Assembly (NCBI GenBank): GCA_034226945.1
Contig: CP120456.1
Span: forward strand, 248,001 to 312,000
DNA: 64,000 bases
Direction of reading: 5' to 3'
DNA from: Picochlorum sp. SENEW3
Taxonomy: Eukaryota
The position numbers and the translations under genes were made by a program. The stretch's first letter is position 1. Every line of letters starts with the position of its first letter. This document shows positions 58,098-64,000 of the stretch, in pieces. The notes under the pieces are model-generated. The model worked only from the letters and a program-made list of their open reading frames with translations, was not told the origin of the DNA and did no database searches.

Positions 58098-59075
58098 ATG
58101 GAGTTTGCGCTGGTCAAATCAAAACCCGTGGGAACGGTTGTTGTACCGAATGTGGGAGGGACACACGTCCGCAAGCATCATCATGGCGATCATTTGATTC
58201 ACCATATACATAGAAGGGCGTCTTCGCTCGTAGATACGCTATTCGGAGGAGCAGATGTGAAGCACCATGGTCTGACCGAACGAATTAATTCCAACTCAGA
58301 ATCAATGTCATATTGCGAGGATGGGTTTGATTTCAATCGAGATGGGTCTTCTACTTCTTTGTCATCAGAGAGGTCGTATGCGGATGAATCTGTTGAAGGA
58401 CTGAAGAATTGGATTGTACATGTGAGAGATCATATTCAACCTCAAGGGGATGTGGGGAATGATGATTCTCTGGATCAGAGGATTTTGAATGTTGTGACGT
58501 CTCTTCCATTTCTAGGACTGGGTGCGTACATGGTGAGGCGGCACACAAGTGCTGAGGGTAGAGCGTATGGGAAGAGTATGCTGTTGGTTGGAGCCTCTGC
58601 CACTGGGTATCATGCGACGTGGGGTGCCTTGCGGCGATTATGCCGCAAAATGGATTATTACTCGATTTCATTTGCGTCTGCCAAAATGGTGCGGGCGATT
58701 TGGCCCGAGTCCAAAGCGTTGAGAAGAGCTGTGGGGTGTAGCTGGCTGGCTGTGCCCTTCAAGCCATTCCTTATATCAACAGGGTATGCGCTTGCGATGC
58801 AGCGCGAGTTTTTCAAGCTTGGTATAAAGGATGATTCGTTAAAGCCTCATTTGATTGGGCATGCGATTACGGCGGGGGCGGGAGCGTTGGCTTTTACGCT
58901 TGAAGAGTCATTGTCAGATGCTGGTTTTAAACATACACACAGTCTGTGGCATTGCCTTTCAGCGTATGGTGTGTATACGACAAGCAAGCTGATTGAACAT
59001 AAGGAACACATGCGTGTTCGTAGGGTTCATGACAGTGCTCTCAGTTTGGTCGATTTTGTGGACAAGGCCAAATAA
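58098..59075 (+). CDS. CREST-superfamily (ceramidase/PAQR-like) membrane protein
   Basis: NVVTSLPF, SATGYHA, D and HSLWH motifs within hydrophobic segments. Confidence 0.7.
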   Translation: MEFALVKSKPVGTVVVPNVGGTHVRKHHHGDHLIHHIHRRASSLVDTLFGGADVKHHGLTERINSNSESMSYCEDGFDFNRDGSSTSLSSERSYADESVEGLKNWIVHVRDHIQPQGDVGNDDSLDQRILNVVTSLPFLGLGAYMVRRHTSAEGRAYGKSMLLVGASATGYHATWGALRRLCRKMDYYSISFASAKMVRAIWPESKALRRAVGCSWLAVPFKPFLISTGYALAMQREFFKLGIKDDSLKPHLIGHAITAGAGALAFTLEESLSDAGFKHTHSLWHCLSAYGVYTTSKLIEHKEHMRVRRVHDSALSLVDFVDKAK

Positions 59076-59156
59076 GTACCATACTTTTTGATGATATGTT
59101 CTTTTTGATGATACGTGACTGATGATTGCATTTTTGATAAATTATGAGTAATACTA

Positions 59157-60413
59157 TTACACTTGCAATGCCGCTGCTATGGGCTCGGCAAGGGATAAGA
59201 CTTCGAATGGATCTCTGTTTGTCACATGGATGACAGTGTTGGGGCAGGAGTCTGTAATCCAGAAATATCTGAACCCTTGCATCGCTCCTCCGTCGCCTTC
59301 AGGCATGAATCTCTTCCAAGACTCATTTGGAAAGACGCCGTGGGTAACATAGGCGGACACATGAGACGCCCCTTGGGTAGCAAGCAGTTTTTGACACTCT
59401 ATCAATGTGCCACCACTCTGGACCAAGTCGTCAACAATAACCACATGCCTCCCTTTGGGATCCCCTTCTTTCAGGCGTACAATTCTCTTATCTCCATCGC
59501 GTACCTTTGTACAGATGACTTCAGGGTAGTCGCCGAATTGGTAATGGAACCGCTTCCAAGCTCCTTCATCTGGGTATGCTATGGTGACATTTGCAGAATC
59601 CTCAAGTTGCCTCAACCTAGCCCTCAACAATGGAATACCAGACTCGAAGAGCGGCAAGACTTGATCACCGAAATAAAATCTCTCTTGTAAAGCATGGATG
59701 TCGAAAATAACGACAGAGGCTGGTCCTCCTCGTGCAAGAGGGATATTGGAGATGATTCTGGCCAATGTGAATGCTGTGGCAACATCTCCCTCTGCTTCTA
59801 CGCGTTCAGCAGTTCCAGTTGGGAAGTACGGAAGTACCAATGTAAATGATCCAACAAATAATCGTGGGAGCTGATAGATGATTGACATCTGCTCGAATAT
59901 GACCTCTGGATCCCTGAAGGATGCCAGAAATGCAACATGTCGATTTCTGATGCGAATAGCATCCCTCACATACAAGTTTGGAAAGCCATCGGCAAACCGC
60001 CTACACACCACCATCAATAATCAATACATGCACAATACCATCATCATCGACTCAATCGTTACATACTTCCAGGAGATTTCTGCCAGCTCCACATTTCCCC
60101 CACTGACAGCAGCAATCCTCTTTGCCAGCCCTTCACAATCTGGGTAGTAAAATAACAAGCACTCCTTCTTCATAAACGCAGACGTGTCGTCTAACATGAC
60201 ATTTGGCGGCGTGATCCGAAAATCCTCAGACGAATCCCCACGCCGACTCTGATTCAGAGCATCAGGTTTCAACGTAAAATGATTGCTCATCCTACCCTTG
60301 CCTCGTCTCCTGTATCCTGTGTGTACCACTGAAACCTTTAAAAACCTCCCAGATGACTCTGTAGTCTTCCGTGAACAAGGATGCCGGTCAATTTTCACGT
60401 ATTGCCCGAGCAT
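59157..60413 (-). CDS. PRS: Ribose-phosphate pyrophosphokinase, plant class II (PRS3/4-like); start uncertain
   Basis: [56 protein letters not shown]; intron 60066-60001. Confidence 0.93.
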
Positions 60414-60977
60414 ATGGCGTCCAAGCAACCAATCCAGGGCTCAGACCAACGACAGGACTACTCTAGTAGTACGATATTCTGCGCTTAAACCACCGCCACC
60501 ACCTGAGCAACACAGTATGAGTAAGAATATGCCACTATCGTAGCAATCTAATGCGAAATAGAAGCAGAATCGGACTAGAGAGTACGAAAATCTCAAGCAC
60601 CATGCATGACAATCACACACACCTCCTCAAATCACAATAAACACGATCTATTCCTCTCAAACACAAAGAGAGAAGACTATTTTCAGTTTATGCAGCAGAT
60701 CTCTGCGGAATAGGCCAAGACCACATCGAACCATCGCTGTTTCTCTCCTTGTTTAAATACTAAAAAAAGACTCGGACTCTCTCATGATCCTCGATCGCGA
60801 CCCTCACATAAGCAGCGATAGCTCCATCTATATCCTATTATTAAGACTCGAGCATCATCATATGAGCATAATGGTCGTGTGAGAGAATGCCCACACGCTC
60901 GAATAGACTCTTGGGCCCGACCAGTTGGTCTTCAGGAGGCTTGGATCTTTTCCTGTGCTTGCAAAAATCCAATCAGA

Positions 60978-61859
60978 ATGCATGTAAAAGATATTGAGCA
61001 ACAGAATCAGCACATACTTTACAGGGAGCCGAGAAAGCCGCGGTTACTGGTGTATTCGAGTGCTCCATGGAAATGGCTCAGGGCAATTGTACTGCTAGGA
61101 GCTCTGTACGGCGTGTTTCTATTGATTGTGCTGTGGTCTTTTGCACGATTACCTAAATTAGAACATTTAGCAGCTGCGAAAACGATAGGAGAAGACGATG
61201 CTCTCGATACTCACTTGGTCCTTAAAGTTCCCAACACTTTTGAAGAGTTGAACAAGGTGAAGGACACGTTGCGCATGTACAAGGATGAATTTGAGATGGA
61301 CTTGATGCTTTTTCTGTGTATTTCCTACGTCTTTTTGCAAACATTTATGATACCAGGGCCGGCCATTCTGAACATTTTGTTCGGGAGTTTGTACTCTGTA
61401 TCAAAGAGTCTCCTGATTGTCATGGCCATCTCGACAGTCGGGACGACGTTGAACTTTTTCGTGATTAAAGTAGCTCTGAAAGATGCGCTAACGTCGTTGT
61501 TACCGAAGAGGATAGGCGCGTTTCAGGCAGAGCTATCCAGGCATCAGGATTCCTTGCTGAGTTACATGCTCTTCGTTAGGCTAACTCCCATCCTTCCACA
61601 CTGGTTTGTTAGTATAGCGTCGCCTGTTGTCGGTATCCCGTATTATGTATTTGTCGCTGCTACTGTATTAGGACATGTGCCTATGAATCTGATTGCGATT
61701 CATGGTGGTGCAACGCTGTCAAGCTTGCACAGGATTCAGGATTTGTACACGTTCAAGAATGTGATGTTTTTGATTTGTGTTGCCATTATTGCTCTGATTC
61801 CGATATGCTGGAAGCGTATTTGGCCGTATATATCAAGGAAGAAAAAAGTGCTCTTGTGA
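60978..61859 (+). CDS. DedA/VTT-domain (TMEM41-like) membrane protein
   Basis: YVFLQTFMIPG...GSLY and YMLFVRLTPILPHWFV...SPVVGIP motifs. Confidence 0.87.
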   Translation: MHVKDIEQQNQHILYREPRKPRLLVYSSAPWKWLRAIVLLGALYGVFLLIVLWSFARLPKLEHLAAAKTIGEDDALDTHLVLKVPNTFEELNKVKDTLRMYKDEFEMDLMLFLCISYVFLQTFMIPGPAILNILFGSLYSVSKSLLIVMAISTVGTTLNFFVIKVALKDALTSLLPKRIGAFQAELSRHQDSLLSYMLFVRLTPILPHWFVSIASPVVGIPYYVFVAATVLGHVPMNLIAIHGGATLSSLHRIQDLYTFKNVMFLICVAIIALIPICWKRIWPYISRKKKVLL

Positions 61860-61901
61860 TCTAGTTCATATTTATATTTAATTTGACATTTCTGATCAGA
61901 T

Positions 61902-63489
61902 TCATGAATCATTTTGAATGTACAACATTTTATTTGGTGTTCCTTTCAAGAAGAGCGCTGGAGGAAAGTATTGCTCATTGATGGCATTTGGAGTAGCGCT
62001 TTCTGTGATGACTTCCATGACTTCGAGTGGCGCTGCATGTGGGTGTTTCTCCAAGTACGCTGCAGCAACTCCTGCAACAGAGGGTGCCGCCATAGACTGC
62101 ATAACATGAATGTTGCTGTCAGTGAGATGCACAGTTCATCGTTATTAATGTGTTGCCAATGTATACACGTACTGTTCCGGTTGCAAGAGTATATGCGCTA
62201 TCCGATAATCTATTACACCTCTTCTCCGAACCACATGCAGAGTAGACATCAACACCAGCAGCAAAAATGTCAACGCATGGGCCCAGGTTGCTCCAATAGT
62301 AAATGACATCCTCCTGTGTTGCATTCGAGTCGAATTTGTTGGGGATATCAGATGCCGCAACAGTGATTACTTCTGGAACATTTGCTGGGGTTACATAACA
62401 TGCATCTTGCTGTGTGTTTCCTGCACATGTCACATATATGTAGCAAACAGAATTTGTGGCAATCATGATTGCAAGCATAGACACAGTACCTGATGCCACG
62501 ACGGTCGTGATTCCATAGTTTCTCACCAAAGCTCTGGTTGCTTCCTCTAAAATCCTAGATCCAGACGAAGGTCCTTCGATTCCCAAGCTGAGCACAACAA
62601 CTGAAGGACCCTTTGCATGCTCTGCAACCCAGTCTAATGCAGCAACCGTGTCTGACACACTTCCATCTCCATTACAGTCCAAAATTCTAACAGCTACAAT
62701 GTCCGCATCTTTTGCGACTCCAACACCCTTTCCAGCTGCAGTCGCAGCAACATGTGTCCCATGACCATCACAATCGTCAGCTGATTCATCATCATCAATA
62801 AAGTCAAAGCCACTTCGAATCCTGCCTGAAAACTCTTGGTGGGTCATCCGCGCCCCAGAGTCTAATACATATATCGTCACTCCCTTGCCAGTCGATACAC
62901 TGTTATCATATTTGTATTGACGATCAAGAGGTAACTCACGCTGGTCTACCCGATCCAGGTGCCATTGAAGGGTCAACTCCTGATGTTTCTTCTCACCCTT
63001 GTCAAATCCTTGCACGATCTCGGGATTATCTTCTTTGAAGTAGTACTGCTGTGACATACCTGCAAAGCTACTTACGCCATCCCCATACGTCGATGTATTA
63101 CCCAACCAATACGGATTCGATCGATGCTTGCCCTCCAGCTTTTGCACCTTGGCATCCTCTTCCTCGTATAAAATTGCCCGAGGCAAGCATCGCTGCACTT
63201 TTGCTAAATCCTGTGCATCTAATGATCCAGAAAATCCAGAAAATAATTTACTATACACCCGTTTGCACATGTGGGGCATGTGGCAGTCATCATCCATGCC
63301 CAATGTGGCAGCTTTGATCTTGAACCCAGAAGTGGTGTACGCACACATTGCCCTCACCCTCAGCAGTGACTGGACGTCCTTCAAAATGATCATTACATTC
63401 TTCTTGTCTCCATTCGTTGGCGATGCGACGCTGTGGCCAGCCCCCAGAAGGACCAGCAATGCTAGAAAGCAGCTACCAAGTATGCACAT
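61902..63489 (-). CDS. Secreted subtilisin (S8A, proteinase K-like) serine protease, spliced
   Basis: Signal peptide, [21 protein letters not shown], and GT-SMAAP restored by an intron; in-frame intron 62489-62421. Confidence 0.92.
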
Positions 63490-64000
63490 GATGTCCCATG
63501 CAATAATCTCACAGCTACTCCTACTGAGAGCAGTACATTGACAGGTGTTCAACAAAAATGAGAGCAAATCGATATATGTGTGCGACAACGTATCGATTTT
63601 GGGAATGGAAAGGGCACGCGGCCATACATGCAGGAACGTGCCACCTGGGAATTGCACAAGTGTCCGAGGAGGACGCCATCCATGCCTGTCTCGGAAGGAT
63701 CCAAAATTCCTTACTTGATACATTAAAAAACCCTATTGATAAAAAGGCACATTAAAAAACAGACAAGATAGACACTTCTGATACGTTATGGATTCAATAC
63801 TTCAATATAGTAGCAAGATTTTATTACATAGGGAATCATACGCTCACAGCGATCATCATCATCTGCCCTCTGTTTGCTGCTGCTGAGTTTTTCCTGAATG
63901 ATTTGAAACTCAGCTCAAGTACAGAGAGAAAATGCGAGCAGAAGCGTTTGTAACAGGTCCTAAAATTGAAATTAGAAAATTAGATGAGGCAACGTGCGAG

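Overview
Eukaryotic nuclear DNA from a very compact green-algal genome: about 30 tightly packed genes, 60-110 nt GT-AG introns, TGTAA-type poly(A) signals and plastid-targeted genes. A Picochlorum-like trebouxiophyte is inferred, not shown. Most of the window is housekeeping genes (cactin, Rubisco LSMT, TFIIE-alpha, SDH4, MIS12, NUP155, VPS8, RPT3, SBP2, plastid PDH E2, PRS, a tandem DAG-lipase pair). Three things stand out that the ORF track does not show. (1) A complete 6,072-bp CACTA/EnSpm-type DNA transposon (16326-22397) with 18-bp perfect 5'-CACTT TIRs and a TCC target-site duplication, carrying a Tnp2-type DDE transposase and an unrecognised divergent accessory gene, each broken by two -1 frame breaks, inserted in the MIS12/NUP155 divergent promoter. 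(2) A minus-strand cluster of four box C/D snoRNAs including U14 (45732-46232), apparently inside a 3'-UTR intron of an organellar ribosomal protein bS6 gene. (3) Co-oriented genes with 0, 4 and 39 nt between stop and next ATG, which are candidate polycistronic loci. All protein and rRNA assignments are from motif recognition and recalled sequences; no database search was run.
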